DNA of 64,000 nucleotides from Candidatus Multivoradales bacterium (lineage in GTDB: Bacteria > Acidobacteriota > Thermoanaerobaculia > Multivoradales > J023), in the NCBI GenBank assembly GCA_965248925.1, contig CBDFLE010000006.1, forward strand, positions 3,744,001 through 3,808,000. Direction: 5' to 3'. Both the position numbers and the translations under genes were made by a program. Positions 35,995-45,772 of the stretch are shown one piece after another. The notes under the pieces were generated by a model. That model made no database searches. It saw only the letters and a program-made list of their open reading frames with translations, and was not told the origin of the DNA. Every line of letters starts with the position of its first letter. The stretch's first letter is position 1.

Positions 35995-36166
35995 GGAATC
36001 CTTCCGTTGAACCTGCGAGGGTGGTGGTGCAAGCTGTTCTCACTACTCTCAGGCGTCCGAGACGTCAGATTGTTACACGCCAGGAGAAGTTTCTTCATGC
36101 TCCGGCCCTATGATCTGCCCCTCGTGTCGATCTCACGTTGATCTCGAGGCAGCAGCTGAGGGAGTC

Positions 36167-36931
36167 ATGGGCAGAGCACACCTGATCGAAATCCACGAAC
36201 AGAGCTGGTGCCCGTCACCGGTGCGCGACGGCGCCACCGACTTCCTACGCTTCTTCGTCGCCACCTTTCATCCCTACGCGGCGGTAGCCGAGCGTCTGCT
36301 GGCGGCGGCGCGCTCGTCGTCTCCTGGCGGGGGGGTGGTCGATCTGTGCTCAGGCGGTGGCGGCCCCTGGCCTCGGCTGCTCGAAGGGCTGCAGGCTGAG
36401 GAACGACCGCGGGTCGTGCTGACCGATTTCTTTCCCAACACTCGGGCGGGCGAGTTAGAGACCGAGTGGCTTAGCTACCGTCTAGAGCCGGTCGATGCCC
36501 GGGCCGTGGCGGAGGATCTGTCGGGTTTCCGCACCCTTTTCGCCTCCTTCCATCACTTCCGCCCCGACGATGCGGCGGCGATCCTTCGCGACGCCGTCGA
36601 GCAGGGCGAAGGAATCGCCATCTGCGAGCTCGGCGCCCGCAAGCTGAGTAGCATGGCAGGGGTTTTTCTGCTGACCCTGCTGCATCTGCTGAGCGTACCC
36701 TGGCAACGCCCCTTCCGCTGGTCCCGTCTTTTTTGGACCTACTTACTGCCCGCGATCCCGCTAGTGCTGTGCTTCGACGGCCTGGTTTCCTGCCTGCGAA
36801 CCTACTCACCCGCCGAACTCGAACGGATGGTCGAGGGCATCCCAAGTGAGGGATATCGCTGGCAAGTGGGCGAAGAGAAGATGGGCTGGCTGCCCCTGCG
36901 AGTGACCTATCTGATCGGCACGCCAGGGTGA
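36167..36931 (+). CDS. Class I SAM-dependent methyltransferase-like protein
   Basis: Motifs VDLCSGGGGP, LTDFFPN, PVDARAV and FHHF. Start at MGRAH after GGGAG. Confidence 0.75.
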   Translation: MGRAHLIEIHEQSWCPSPVRDGATDFLRFFVATFHPYAAVAERLLAAARSSSPGGGVVDLCSGGGGPWPRLLEGLQAEERPRVVLTDFFPNTRAGELETEWLSYRLEPVDARAVAEDLSGFRTLFASFHHFRPDDAAAILRDAVEQGEGIAICELGARKLSSMAGVFLLTLLHLLSVPWQRPFRWSRLFWTYLLPAIPLVLCFDGLVSCLRTYSPAELERMVEGIPSEGYRWQVGEEKMGWLPLRVTYLIGTPG

Positions 36932-36942
36932 TGGTTGGTTTT

Positions 36943-37992
36943 TCAGGACCTTGCGGAGTTGGCGGGCGAGCTGTCCGCGAGTCGCTGTTCGAGCTTTTGC
37001 AAGTAGGCGGTGTCCTTTGCTAGATCGGGATGCGAGGTTTCTTTGTCGATCTCGACGGTGACCTTGGCCAGCTCGATGGCTTGCGGAAGGTCTCCGCGCC
37101 GCTCGTGTTCCAATGCCAGGTTCCTTGAGGTCACGCCTTCCCCAGCCCTGTCCCCGATCTCCTTTCTGATGTCCAGAGATAGGTGATAGTGGGCTAGTGC
37201 TTCCGGTAGTTGTGAACTCAGCTGCAATGCAAAGCCTAGGGCATGCTCAAGATCAGCCAGAAGCTTTCCGGGCTGGCCGGGCAGTAGGCCGATTCCTTCG
37301 AAAGCAACGTCGGCGGCAAGCTTCTGTGCCCGCCGCCGCCTGAGCCATTGAGAAAGGTTGAGTAGCAAGGCGGCTTGGTCTTCGGGTTTGGCGGATTGCT
37401 GGGCAAGTTTGCGAACTTGTGCGATGTGCTCGCGGATCTCCTGCTGGCCGCTCTCGGGCAAGGCCAGCTGATCGATTTTCGCGGGCAGCTCTTGCCAGAC
37501 GCTTTTCCCGGCCATTCGTCGGTGGGTCAACCAGTAGGTGTGGTGGCGGAAGTCCCACAGGTCACCGGCACGAGTGATCAGAGCTTCGGCTTCGGCGGAG
37601 TGTAGGAAGAGCACCCAGCGTAGGCGGCGCTCGGCCATCCGATCGCGGTGGAGGTTGAGGTAGTCGAGAAAGGCGCCTTGCGACCGACTGCCACTTTCTT
37701 CTCGGGGTAAGGCGGTGACTAGATTTAAGGTTTCGGCGCCGTGCTCCGCCAGGGCGCCATAGAGCTTGCCGGTGCCATGTTCTGGGTGGTGGGCCGGGTC
37801 GTAAGTGCGGGAGGGCAGGCCGGCTTCGCCCAAGGTGGCGCGTAGGGTGTCGAGGAAGCTCAGCTTGTCGGCTTCGTGCTCGTAGTGGATCAGCAGGAAG
37901 AGAGGCAGGTCGGCTTTGATCGCCGCCTGGTGCTGCTCGCCGACCTGTGCCGCGATGGCAGTGTACTCTTCGTCCGCTGCAGAATCAGTCAT
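36943..37992 (-). CDS. TPR protein with N-terminal degenerate P-loop-like domain
   Basis: N-domain LNLHRDR...WVLFL...AGDLWDFR, and C-terminal TPRs (ALAHYHLSLDIRKEIGDRAGEG...HPDL). Overlaps the ATPase stop. Confidence 0.75.
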   Translation of the reverse strand: MTDSAADEEYTAIAAQVGEQHQAAIKADLPLFLLIHYEHEADKLSFLDTLRATLGEAGLPSRTYDPAHHPEHGTGKLYGALAEHGAETLNLVTALPREESGSRSQGAFLDYLNLHRDRMAERRLRWVLFLHSAEAEALITRAGDLWDFRHHTYWLTHRRMAGKSVWQELPAKIDQLALPESGQQEIREHIAQVRKLAQQSAKPEDQAALLLNLSQWLRRRRAQKLAADVAFEGIGLLPGQPGKLLADLEHALGFALQLSSQLPEALAHYHLSLDIRKEIGDRAGEGVTSRNLALEHERRGDLPQAIELAKVTVEIDKETSHPDLAKDTAYLQKLEQRLADSSPANSARS

Positions 37993-39271
37993 TGGGCTCA
38001 GGCAGGCCGCGGACATAGGCTTTTAGCGGATAGCGCAGGTCGAGCCACAGCTCGTCGTTTTCGTATTCCACTACGGCCCGCGATTGCAGGAAGGGTTCGA
38101 CCCCCGGCACCCAGCCGGTTGGGCTGCCGAGTACCGCCTGCAGCACACCGATGGCATTACCGCGAATCATGGGCTGGTATTCCTTCTTTATCTGGCTGAA
38201 GACCTGTGCCAAATCTTCTTCACTCACCGCCTCGCCGCTGCGTAGCAGGGCGTAGGTGGCGGCTTCGCGGATCACTCGGGCGGTTTCGCGGAACAGCCCA
38301 CCGCCTAATAACAGGATCTCGTCGAAGAGGCTCTCGGACAGCACTCGCGGATCGGCCAGCCGGCACTTGATGAATTCCCTCATCAGTCGATAACCGGGCA
38401 GCTTACCGTCTGGATTGGGACGATCGCGCAATCTGCTGACGTGGGAGTAGAGTCGAGCAGCCGGGAAGGCATAGATCTGATCTAGCGGAATGCGACTGCC
38501 GGGCAGGGCGCGAAAGTAGACCGGCAGGGTGTAGATGATCGATAGCCGTGGCTGTACCAGGGTCTCGTAGTGCTCCTGGAAGAGCCGCTGGTGCATTTCC
38601 TTGTGGGCTGATGACTCCACTTTTTCCAGATCGTCGACGATCACCAACACTTCGCGTCCGGAGCGGTTCTCCACGTCCTGCGCCAAGCGGTTGACGATGC
38701 CGATCAGGTCCTGCACCCGCGGCTCGAGGATCTGCTTCTGCTCGGTCCTCCACTCCCTCCGGGTCTTGAGCATCGCCCTGAAGTAGGCCAGCCAGGCGTT
38801 TCCCCCGGCGCCAGCTTCGGCCTCGGCAGCCTCGCTCTTGAGGAAGGTCTTGACCACCTCCTGCCCCCAGCGATCGAGTTCGCCAGCCAGCTTGGTGGGC
38901 ATGCCATGCTCCTCGCCGAGCCGCACCAGGCCGCGGCCGATCTCCACCAGCAAGCCGTCGTGGGTCAGATGTACCGAGTCGTTGCCGAACTCAGCGGTGG
39001 TGAGGAAGATGGTGAGGTAGCGCTGCTGAATCTCCTCGGAGGCGGCCAGGCGGCGCAACTCAGTGGTCTTGCCGCTGCCGCGATGGCCGCAGAGGAAGGC
39101 GTGCAGCGGTTCGAAGCAGCCGCTGAGGTCGAGTTTTAAGCGCAGCAGCGCCTGCTCGTCGCGCTCGACATAGAGATCAGACTTTGGATCGACGGCTAGT
39201 TGCGGGTCGAAAACGATCCGCAAATCTCTCAGGCTGGTGGCCTTCTCGGGCCTGTTGGTGGGCGGGAGCAT
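37985..39271 (-). CDS. P-loop ATPase (STAND/KAP-like)
   Basis: Walker A GHRGSGKTT, Walker B VIVDDLEK, IIYTLP and GGGLFRE. Confidence 0.85.
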   Translation of the reverse strand: MLPPTNRPEKATSLRDLRIVFDPQLAVDPKSDLYVERDEQALLRLKLDLSGCFEPLHAFLCGHRGSGKTTELRRLAASEEIQQRYLTIFLTTAEFGNDSVHLTHDGLLVEIGRGLVRLGEEHGMPTKLAGELDRWGQEVVKTFLKSEAAEAEAGAGGNAWLAYFRAMLKTRREWRTEQKQILEPRVQDLIGIVNRLAQDVENRSGREVLVIVDDLEKVESSAHKEMHQRLFQEHYETLVQPRLSIIYTLPVYFRALPGSRIPLDQIYAFPAARLYSHVSRLRDRPNPDGKLPGYRLMREFIKCRLADPRVLSESLFDEILLLGGGLFRETARVIREAATYALLRSGEAVSEEDLAQVFSQIKKEYQPMIRGNAIGVLQAVLGSPTGWVPGVEPFLQSRAVVEYENDELWLDLRYPLKAYVRGLPEPND

Positions 39272-39320
39272 GGCTCATTCTAGCGCATGCTGATCGCGCC
39301 ACTACCGGGTTTTAGCCGGC

Positions 39321-40748
39321 TCAAGCAGTGCTGGCTTCGATTTCGATGTGGCGCCAGCCGCCTTGGCGGAAACGGGCCATGGACAGCAAGCAGCGGGTCA
39401 GGTGACCGGCGACGATGGCGCTCCAGATGTGGTGTGGCTGGAGAATGCCGGTGGCGTCGAAGAAGGCGCAGATGGCTAGCGGTAGGGCGAGTTGCGATAC
39501 CAGAGTGATGTACATCGGGCTGCGGGTGTCGCCGCTGCCTTGCAGAGCGCCGGTGTAGGCCAGGGCGGTGGTCAGGAAGATGCCCGTAATACTGAGGAAG
39601 CTCAGCAGCTGGCGCCCCAGCGCCACCACCGCCGGCTCGCGCAGGTCGAAGAGACCGAGCAGGGGGCCAGGCATGAGCAGGAAGAGCAGCCCCACGGGAA
39701 TTGCTGCCGCCAGGCCGAGCAAGGAGGCGGTGCGGGGGGTGGCGCTGGCTCGCTCTGGCAACTTGGCGCCCAGGCTCTGACCGGCGATGGTCGAGGACGC
39801 CGCCATCAACGCCACGGAGGAGAAGGTGACGAACGAGAACAGCTGGGTGTAGCCGACGGTGTAGATCGCCTGCGCCTTGGCGCTTTCGTCGAGGGAACCG
39901 ATGAAGCGCAGCAGCAGCACGCCGCCGATATTCATCGCGATGCCCTGAAAGCCGGTGGGCAGGCCGAAACGGAAGATCGAGCGAATCGTCGCCAGGTGAG
40001 GGCGCAAGCCCATGCCGAGGGAGAAGCGCACCACCAACTTACCCTTGAACAACAACCACAGCGCCCAGGCGGAGACGATGGCCGAGGAAATCACCGTGCC
40101 CATGGCCGCGCCCAGGGTGCCAAAGGCTGGAATCGGGCCGAGGCCGCGAATCAGTACTACGTTGAGCAATAGGTTGAGCACGGTCATCACCACGCCGAGG
40201 CGTAGCGGCGTCTTGGCGTCGCCAGCAGCGCGCAGGGCGCCGCCGAGGAGGAAAAAGAAGAGCATGCCGATGCTGAAGACGAACATGGTCGTCAAGTAGG
40301 GCAGGGCTTCGGCCTTGACTTCGGGTGAGGCGTTGACGAAGTCGAGTAGCTGGGGGGTGAGAAAGAAGCCCAACGGGGCGAGCAGGAAGAGATGAAACAG
40401 CACCGCGGTGATGAAACCCTGGTAGACCACCCGATTGACCTTCTCCGGCTCTTCGGCACCGGCATAGCGCGCCACCAACACCCCCATGCCGGTGAACACC
40501 GAACCGAGAAATACCACCACCACCAGAAAGATCTGCCAGCTGACGCCGATCGCCGCGTTGCCGGAGTAGCCAACGAAGCGGCCCACCATGACGTGATCGA
40601 CCACCCCTTGCAGGCCGGCGATCAGGTTCTGTAGCAGGCTCGGCCAGGCGATCTTCCACACCGCGCCGAGCAACGGGCCTTGGGTTAGGGAGCGGTCGAA
40701 GGAGCCATTCTTGGCGGCGGGCTGGGGTGAGTTTTTCTCTGTAGACAT
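39321..40748 (-). CDS. MATE family efflux transporter
   Basis: About 12 TM segments, LTQGP, VDHVMVG, LRAAGDAKTP and GSGDTRSP. Confidence 0.93.
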   Translation of the reverse strand: MSTEKNSPQPAAKNGSFDRSLTQGPLLGAVWKIAWPSLLQNLIAGLQGVVDHVMVGRFVGYSGNAAIGVSWQIFLVVVVFLGSVFTGMGVLVARYAGAEEPEKVNRVVYQGFITAVLFHLFLLAPLGFFLTPQLLDFVNASPEVKAEALPYLTTMFVFSIGMLFFFLLGGALRAAGDAKTPLRLGVVMTVLNLLLNVVLIRGLGPIPAFGTLGAAMGTVISSAIVSAWALWLLFKGKLVVRFSLGMGLRPHLATIRSIFRFGLPTGFQGIAMNIGGVLLLRFIGSLDESAKAQAIYTVGYTQLFSFVTFSSVALMAASSTIAGQSLGAKLPERASATPRTASLLGLAAAIPVGLLFLLMPGPLLGLFDLREPAVVALGRQLLSFLSITGIFLTTALAYTGALQGSGDTRSPMYITLVSQLALPLAICAFFDATGILQPHHIWSAIVAGHLTRCLLSMARFRQGGWRHIEIEASTA

Positions 40749-40809
40749 AGGCGGCGGCAGGATAGCGTGTTCGGTCGGCGAAAAATCGCAGCTTGCTCGA
40801 TTGCCAACG

Positions 40810-40838
40810 AAAAAGGCCGGCGGAAGTTGCCGCCGGCC
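40810..40838 (-). terminator. Rho-independent terminator of lon
   Basis: Minus strand GGCCGGCGG-CAACTT-CCGCCGGCC followed by TTTTT. Confidence 0.85.
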
Positions 40839-40883
40839 GTGCTATTGGCTGCTAATTGTTTCTATTCGCTATCCCGGAGAGGG

Positions 40884-43445
40884 TCAGTTCTCGAGATTGT
40901 TCGATAGGGGTACCACGTCCTCGGGTTTTTCGTCGCCAAACAACAGCCGCCCTTCGCGGAAGGAGGCGTCGCGCAGCGCCACTGCCAAGACTTCGCCGAG
41001 TTCGCTGGCGGTGATGACCTCGATCGAGTCGCGCACTTCGGGTGGTAGATCGTCGAGATTGCGCTCGTTTTCTTTGGGCAGGATGAAGGTGCGGATGCCG
41101 GCGCGTACGCCGCCGAGGATCTTCTCCTTGACACCGCCGATCGGCAGCACTCGGCCGGAGAGGGTGATCTCACCGGTCATCGCGATGTCGTGCCGGGCCG
41201 GCCGGCCGGAGAGGGCGGAGACCAGGGCGGTGGCCATAGTGACCCCGGCCGAGGGTCCGTCTTTGGGGATGGCGCCAGCCGGGGCGTGGATGTGAATATC
41301 GCGGTTGAAGCTCTGCGGGTCGATGTGCAGCGCCGCGGCATGGCTGCGGGCGTAGGACCAGGCGGCGCGGGCCGACTCCTGCATCACATCGCCAAGCTGA
41401 CCGGTGAGGTCGAGCTTGCCCTTGCCCGGCATGGTGGAGGCCTCGACGAACATGATGTCGCCGCCGGCAGGGGTGAAGTACATGCCGGTGGCGACGCCTA
41501 TTTGATCGTGGCTGGCCTTCTTTTCTGGATGCACCTTGGGGTGGCCGAGCAGCTCGTCGATTTGCTGCCGGCCGATCTTCACCGCCTTCACCTCGCTGCT
41601 GGCGATCTTGCGCGCCACTTTGCGCGCCACCCGGCCGATCTCGCGCTCCAGCTGGCGGACGCCAGCCTCGCGAGTGTACTCGGTGATCAGCTTGGCTAGT
41701 CCCGAGTCGGTGATTTGCAGCTGCTCGCTGTCGAGTCCGGCGCCGCGCAGCCGTCGCGGGATCAGGTATTGCTGGGCGATGGTGTTTTTCTCGCCTTCGG
41801 TGTAGCCATCGAATTCGACCAGCTCCATGCGGTCCATCAGCGGGCTGGGGATGTTCTGCGCGAAGTTGGCGGTGCAGACGAAGAGCACTTCAGAAAGATC
41901 GAAGGGCAGGCCGAGGTAATGGTCGGTGAAGCTGTCGTTCTGGGCCGGGTCGAGCACCTCCAACAAGGCCGAGGAGGGATCGCCCTGAAACGAAGTGCCG
42001 AGCTTGTCGATTTCGTCCAGCAGGAACACCGGGTTTTTAGTTCCGGCCTGCTTCATACCCTGGATGATGCGGCCCGGCATGGCGCCGACGTAGGTCCGCC
42101 GATGGCCGCGGATGTCGGCCTCGTCACGAGCCCCGCCGAGGGAGATGCGGACGTATTCGCGGCCCATGGCGCGGGCGATCGACTTGGCCAAGGAGGTCTT
42201 GCCGACTCCTGGTGGGCCGATGAACAACAGAGTGGGGGTACGGCCGACTTCTTCCTCCGCGTTCTTACGGTGCTCGTCGTCTGGGGCTGTGGCGTCGTCT
42301 GGGGCTGTGGCGTCGTCTGGGGCTGTGGCGTCGTCGTCTGGCGGCTCGCTGTCGCCGTCAGGGGAGGCTTCGAGCTTTGCTTCTTCCTCCGCGGCCTCCT
42401 GCTCGGCGATGCTCTTGGCCCTCAGTTGGCGGACGGCGAGGAACTCCAAGATACGATCCTTGACATCTTCCAGACCGTAGTGGTCTTCGTCGAGAATCCG
42501 CTGCGCTTCGACCAATTCGAGACGTTCCTCGGAACGCTCTGACCAGGGCAGCTCGGCGACGGTTTCGAGGAAAGTGCGGATCACTTGCGATTCCATCGCC
42601 TCGGGGTTGATGCGTGACAGCCGGCGCAGTTCGCGGTCGACTTCTTGGCGCGCTTCGGGGCTCAGCTCGAGGGCTTCGAGCTGCTCGCGCAGCTCTTCTT
42701 GGTCCTGGTTGTCGCCGTCGTCGCCGAGTTCGGCTTGGATGGCCTTCAGCTGCTCGCGCAGGTACATCTCTCGCTGGCGGTCGCCGAGCTCTTCCTGCAC
42801 CTTGGTCTTGAGATCTTCCTGCGCATTGAGCACGGTGAGCTGACGCTGGACATGGATCAGCACTCGCCTGAGGCGCTCTTCGACCGATAGGGATTCGAGT
42901 AGCGCCTGGCGGTCGGCCACCGGCACGTCGATGTAGCCTGCCACCAGGTCGGCCAGGCGGCCGGGTTCTTCGATCCCCGAGAGCACTTGGCGCACCGCGT
43001 CTTTGGGCAGGCCCGATTTGTGGCCCAGTTCGGCGGCGCGGGCCCGAGCTTCGCGGTAGAGGGCCTGATAGGCCGGATCTTTGGCATCGACGGGCGGCAT
43101 TTCCTCGACATCGCGGATCACTGCTTCGATGGAGCCGTCTTCGTTGCTGGTGTAGCGCAGGGCGATGGCTCGCCGTTCGCCGTGCAGCAGCACCTGGATG
43201 CCGGCCAGGTTGCGTTGCAGCTGTTCTATACGGGCGATAGTACCGATGGTGTAGAGGCCTTCGGCGGTGACGTCTTCGACGTTTTCGCGTTGGGTGACGG
43301 CGAAAACCAACGGCGACTCCGCAGCTTGGGCGCTCTCGATGGTGCGCAGGGTTCCGGGTCTGCCAGCGGCGATCGGTACCGCGACACCGGGGAAGACCAC
43401 GACGTCGCGGAGGGGCAGAACTGGCAGGGTGATGGGCTCGGTCAT
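40884..43445 (-). CDS. lon: ATP-dependent Lon protease
   Basis: LPVLPLRD, GPPGVGKTS, HRRTYVGAMPGR, LLDEIDK, catalytic PKDGPSAG and PIGGVKEK. Confidence 0.97.
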   Translation of the reverse strand: MTEPITLPVLPLRDVVVFPGVAVPIAAGRPGTLRTIESAQAAESPLVFAVTQRENVEDVTAEGLYTIGTIARIEQLQRNLAGIQVLLHGERRAIALRYTSNEDGSIEAVIRDVEEMPPVDAKDPAYQALYREARARAAELGHKSGLPKDAVRQVLSGIEEPGRLADLVAGYIDVPVADRQALLESLSVEERLRRVLIHVQRQLTVLNAQEDLKTKVQEELGDRQREMYLREQLKAIQAELGDDGDNQDQEELREQLEALELSPEARQEVDRELRRLSRINPEAMESQVIRTFLETVAELPWSERSEERLELVEAQRILDEDHYGLEDVKDRILEFLAVRQLRAKSIAEQEAAEEEAKLEASPDGDSEPPDDDATAPDDATAPDDATAPDDEHRKNAEEEVGRTPTLLFIGPPGVGKTSLAKSIARAMGREYVRISLGGARDEADIRGHRRTYVGAMPGRIIQGMKQAGTKNPVFLLDEIDKLGTSFQGDPSSALLEVLDPAQNDSFTDHYLGLPFDLSEVLFVCTANFAQNIPSPLMDRMELVEFDGYTEGEKNTIAQQYLIPRRLRGAGLDSEQLQITDSGLAKLITEYTREAGVRQLEREIGRVARKVARKIASSEVKAVKIGRQQIDELLGHPKVHPEKKASHDQIGVATGMYFTPAGGDIMFVEASTMPGKGKLDLTGQLGDVMQESARAAWSYARSHAAALHIDPQSFNRDIHIHAPAGAIPKDGPSAGVTMATALVSALSGRPARHDIAMTGEITLSGRVLPIGGVKEKILGGVRAGIRTFILPKENERNLDDLPPEVRDSIEVITASELGEVLAVALRDASFREGRLLFGDEKPEDVVPLSNNLEN
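42275..42335. repeat. 18-bp in-frame tandem repeat in lon (DDATAP x3)
   Basis: CGTCGTCTGGGGCTGTGG, three perfect copies plus a partial copy. Confidence 0.9.
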
Positions 43446-43599
43446 AGGCGCTTACCTCTGAACTCCGTCATGGGCCGGAGTGAAAAATCGCGGTGTCCTG
43501 GTTCAAGGGTGTGGCTCGACCTTGCCGATCACCGCACCCTGTCCAACCCAACGGGTCCGGGAAAGAAGAAAATTCCGCAAGCGACCCTGACTACGGTCG

Positions 43600-44361
43600 C
43601 TAACCGGTGGTCACCTCGCTGGTCTCGTGGACCCGGTGTCGGCGGTGATGCCAGCGAAAGCGAGCGATCTCGGCCAGCATCAGCAGCGGATCGAGCCAAG
43701 GTCGAACACGGGTTTCAGGTGAATTGGCCCAGGTGATGCCGACCTCGCACACCCGGTAGCCGCGCTGTCGTGCCAGCCAAACCAGCTCGACATCGTAGGC
43801 GAAGCCGGCGGTGATCATGTCGGCGAAGAGGTCGCGGGCAACGGCGCCGTCGAGCAGCTTGAACCCACATTGGGTATCGCGAATGCCGCGCACGCCGGCG
43901 AGTTGGATGATCTTGTTGAAGGTCTTGCCCATCAGCTCGCGGTAGAAGGGCTGCCGCTGGGTTAGCCGGGCGCCGGCTACAGCGCGGCTACCGAGCACCA
44001 ACTCGGCTTCGGCGCAATGAGCCTCGAGCAGCGCAAGGTCTTCGATCGGCGTAGATAGATCGGCATCTGAAAGCAACACCCGGTGACCCTTGCTGGCCGC
44101 AACCGCCAGCTGTAAGGCGGCGCCTTTGCCGCGGTTGGGCTGGTGGCGCAATACTTTGACGCTACGCTCGGCAAAGCTCTGGGCGACCCGTGAGGTAGCG
44201 TCTCGGCTGCCATCGTCTGCCACTAGCACCTCAAAGGACTGGCCCCGATGCTCTAGATAGCCGAGCACTTGCTCGAGGGTGGGTCCCAGGCGCCGCTCTT
44301 CGTTGTAGGCCGGAATGACCACTGAGAGGGCGGTTGCCGGGGGCTGAGTTGGTGCGCTCAT
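43600..44361 (-). CDS. GT2 polyprenol-phosphate glycosyltransferase (DPM/DPG synthase-like)
   Basis: Motifs SVVIPAYNE, DDGSRD, NRGKG, DADLSTP, DTQCGFK and FAYDVE. Confidence 0.9.
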   Translation of the reverse strand: MSAPTQPPATALSVVIPAYNEERRLGPTLEQVLGYLEHRGQSFEVLVADDGSRDATSRVAQSFAERSVKVLRHQPNRGKGAALQLAVAASKGHRVLLSDADLSTPIEDLALLEAHCAEAELVLGSRAVAGARLTQRQPFYRELMGKTFNKIIQLAGVRGIRDTQCGFKLLDGAVARDLFADMITAGFAYDVELVWLARQRGYRVCEVGITWANSPETRVRPWLDPLLMLAEIARFRWHHRRHRVHETSEVTTG

Positions 44362-44481
44362 CGGAACTCTTCGTGGATTGGGATCAGCGCCAATCGTATC
44401 ACTGGTCGCGGATTTGCTTGGCTGCCGGCTGCTAGGCTCCAATTCTGTCAGACCAGCGCAGACTGGGGAGCCACGACGAAG

Positions 44482-45771
44482 ATGGGTGAACGAGTGACAA
44501 AAGACTACAGAGCCCTTTTCCTGCCGATCGTCCTAGGTCTTGGGGGGTGGCTGCTGGCCGGCTGCGCTGGCAAGGTGCCCGAGGCTTCGGAGCCGGCTGC
44601 TGGGGCTGCTCCAGCGAGGGATTTACTGCGTTCCTTACCCTATGCCGGGTCGGTGCCGCTGGCCGCGGACCAGCCGGTGGCTCGGGGAGTGGTAGTTCAT
44701 GATCGGCAGCAGGCGCAAGAGGGATGGAATCTGTTCACGCCGCGGGACCAGCGGCGCGCCTACTTGATCGACAACGAGGGTCGAACGGTGCATTCGTGGT
44801 CGGCCGAAGTGTCAGATGGCGCCGGCTGGCAACATGTCGAAGTCGATCAGCAGGGCGATCTCTTCGTCATCATCAAAGGGCAGGCTCTGCTGCGCCTGGG
44901 GTGGAATTCGCAGCTGCGCTGGCGGCTTGAGGGGCGCTATCACCACGATGTTGCACCAACTCCGAGTGGTGATGTTTGGGCGGCTGTGCGACGGGCCGAA
45001 GTGGTTTCTCTTGCTGGCCGGCGGCTACCGGTCATCACCGATTCTCTGGTGCGCCTTTCGGCGACAGGAGAGACTCTGCAGGAGATCCCCCTACTGCCGC
45101 TGCTGGGCGATTCGGTACTTCCCTGGCGGACGGACCTGATTGTCGAGATGACCGCCCAATACGGCGATCCGCTGGCCGCTCTGGCTCATTTGCAACCCGG
45201 CAAAGCGCCGGATCTCTTCCATCTCAACAGCATTGAGTTGCTGGGCGGTGCCGGCGCCGCTTTGGGAGCTGCCGATGACTTGCTGATCTCGGTGCGCGAA
45301 CTCGATGAGGTCGTGGTGCTGGATGCGCAGAGCGGCGAGCTGCGCTGGCGTTGGGGTCGTGGCAAGCTCGATGCGCAGCACCACCCGACCATGACCGCGC
45401 GCGGTTCGATGCTGATTTTCGACAACGGTCGGCGCCGCGGATGGTCGCGCGCCCTCGAGATCGACCCGACCAATGGCGGCATTGTCTGGCAATACCGGGG
45501 CAGTGAGGAGGCGGCACTCTACAGCCACAGCCGGGGAGCGGCTCAACGCCTGGCCAATGGCAATACCTTGATCACCGAAAGTGATGCGGGTCGCGCTTTC
45601 GAGGTGACCGCCGCTGGCGAGGTGGTGTGGGAGTTCTTCTGTCCGGTGATCACCGAGAAGCCGGATGGTAGTCGGCAGCGAGCGGCGATGTATCGGCTCA
45701 AACGGCTGACCCCTAGCTCCCATCCCCAGATCGCGGCGCGCCTCGCCACGGCGGCTCGGGCGGCTCACTAG
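44482..45771 (+). CDS. Arylsulfotransferase (ASST)-like beta-propeller lipoprotein
   Basis: Lipobox LAGC, YHHD, DLFHLNSI, QHHP, FDNG and QRLANGNTLITES. Confidence 0.8.
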   Translation: MGERVTKDYRALFLPIVLGLGGWLLAGCAGKVPEASEPAAGAAPARDLLRSLPYAGSVPLAADQPVARGVVVHDRQQAQEGWNLFTPRDQRRAYLIDNEGRTVHSWSAEVSDGAGWQHVEVDQQGDLFVIIKGQALLRLGWNSQLRWRLEGRYHHDVAPTPSGDVWAAVRRAEVVSLAGRRLPVITDSLVRLSATGETLQEIPLLPLLGDSVLPWRTDLIVEMTAQYGDPLAALAHLQPGKAPDLFHLNSIELLGGAGAALGAADDLLISVRELDEVVVLDAQSGELRWRWGRGKLDAQHHPTMTARGSMLIFDNGRRRGWSRALEIDPTNGGIVWQYRGSEEAALYSHSRGAAQRLANGNTLITESDAGRAFEVTAAGEVVWEFFCPVITEKPDGSRQRAAMYRLKRLTPSSHPQIAARLATAARAAH

Positions 45772-45772
45772 G

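Noticed and set aside
43446-43599. CIRCE/heat-shock operator upstream of lon
   Set aside because: No TTAGCACTC-N9-GAGTGCTAA is present, only short generic hairpins.
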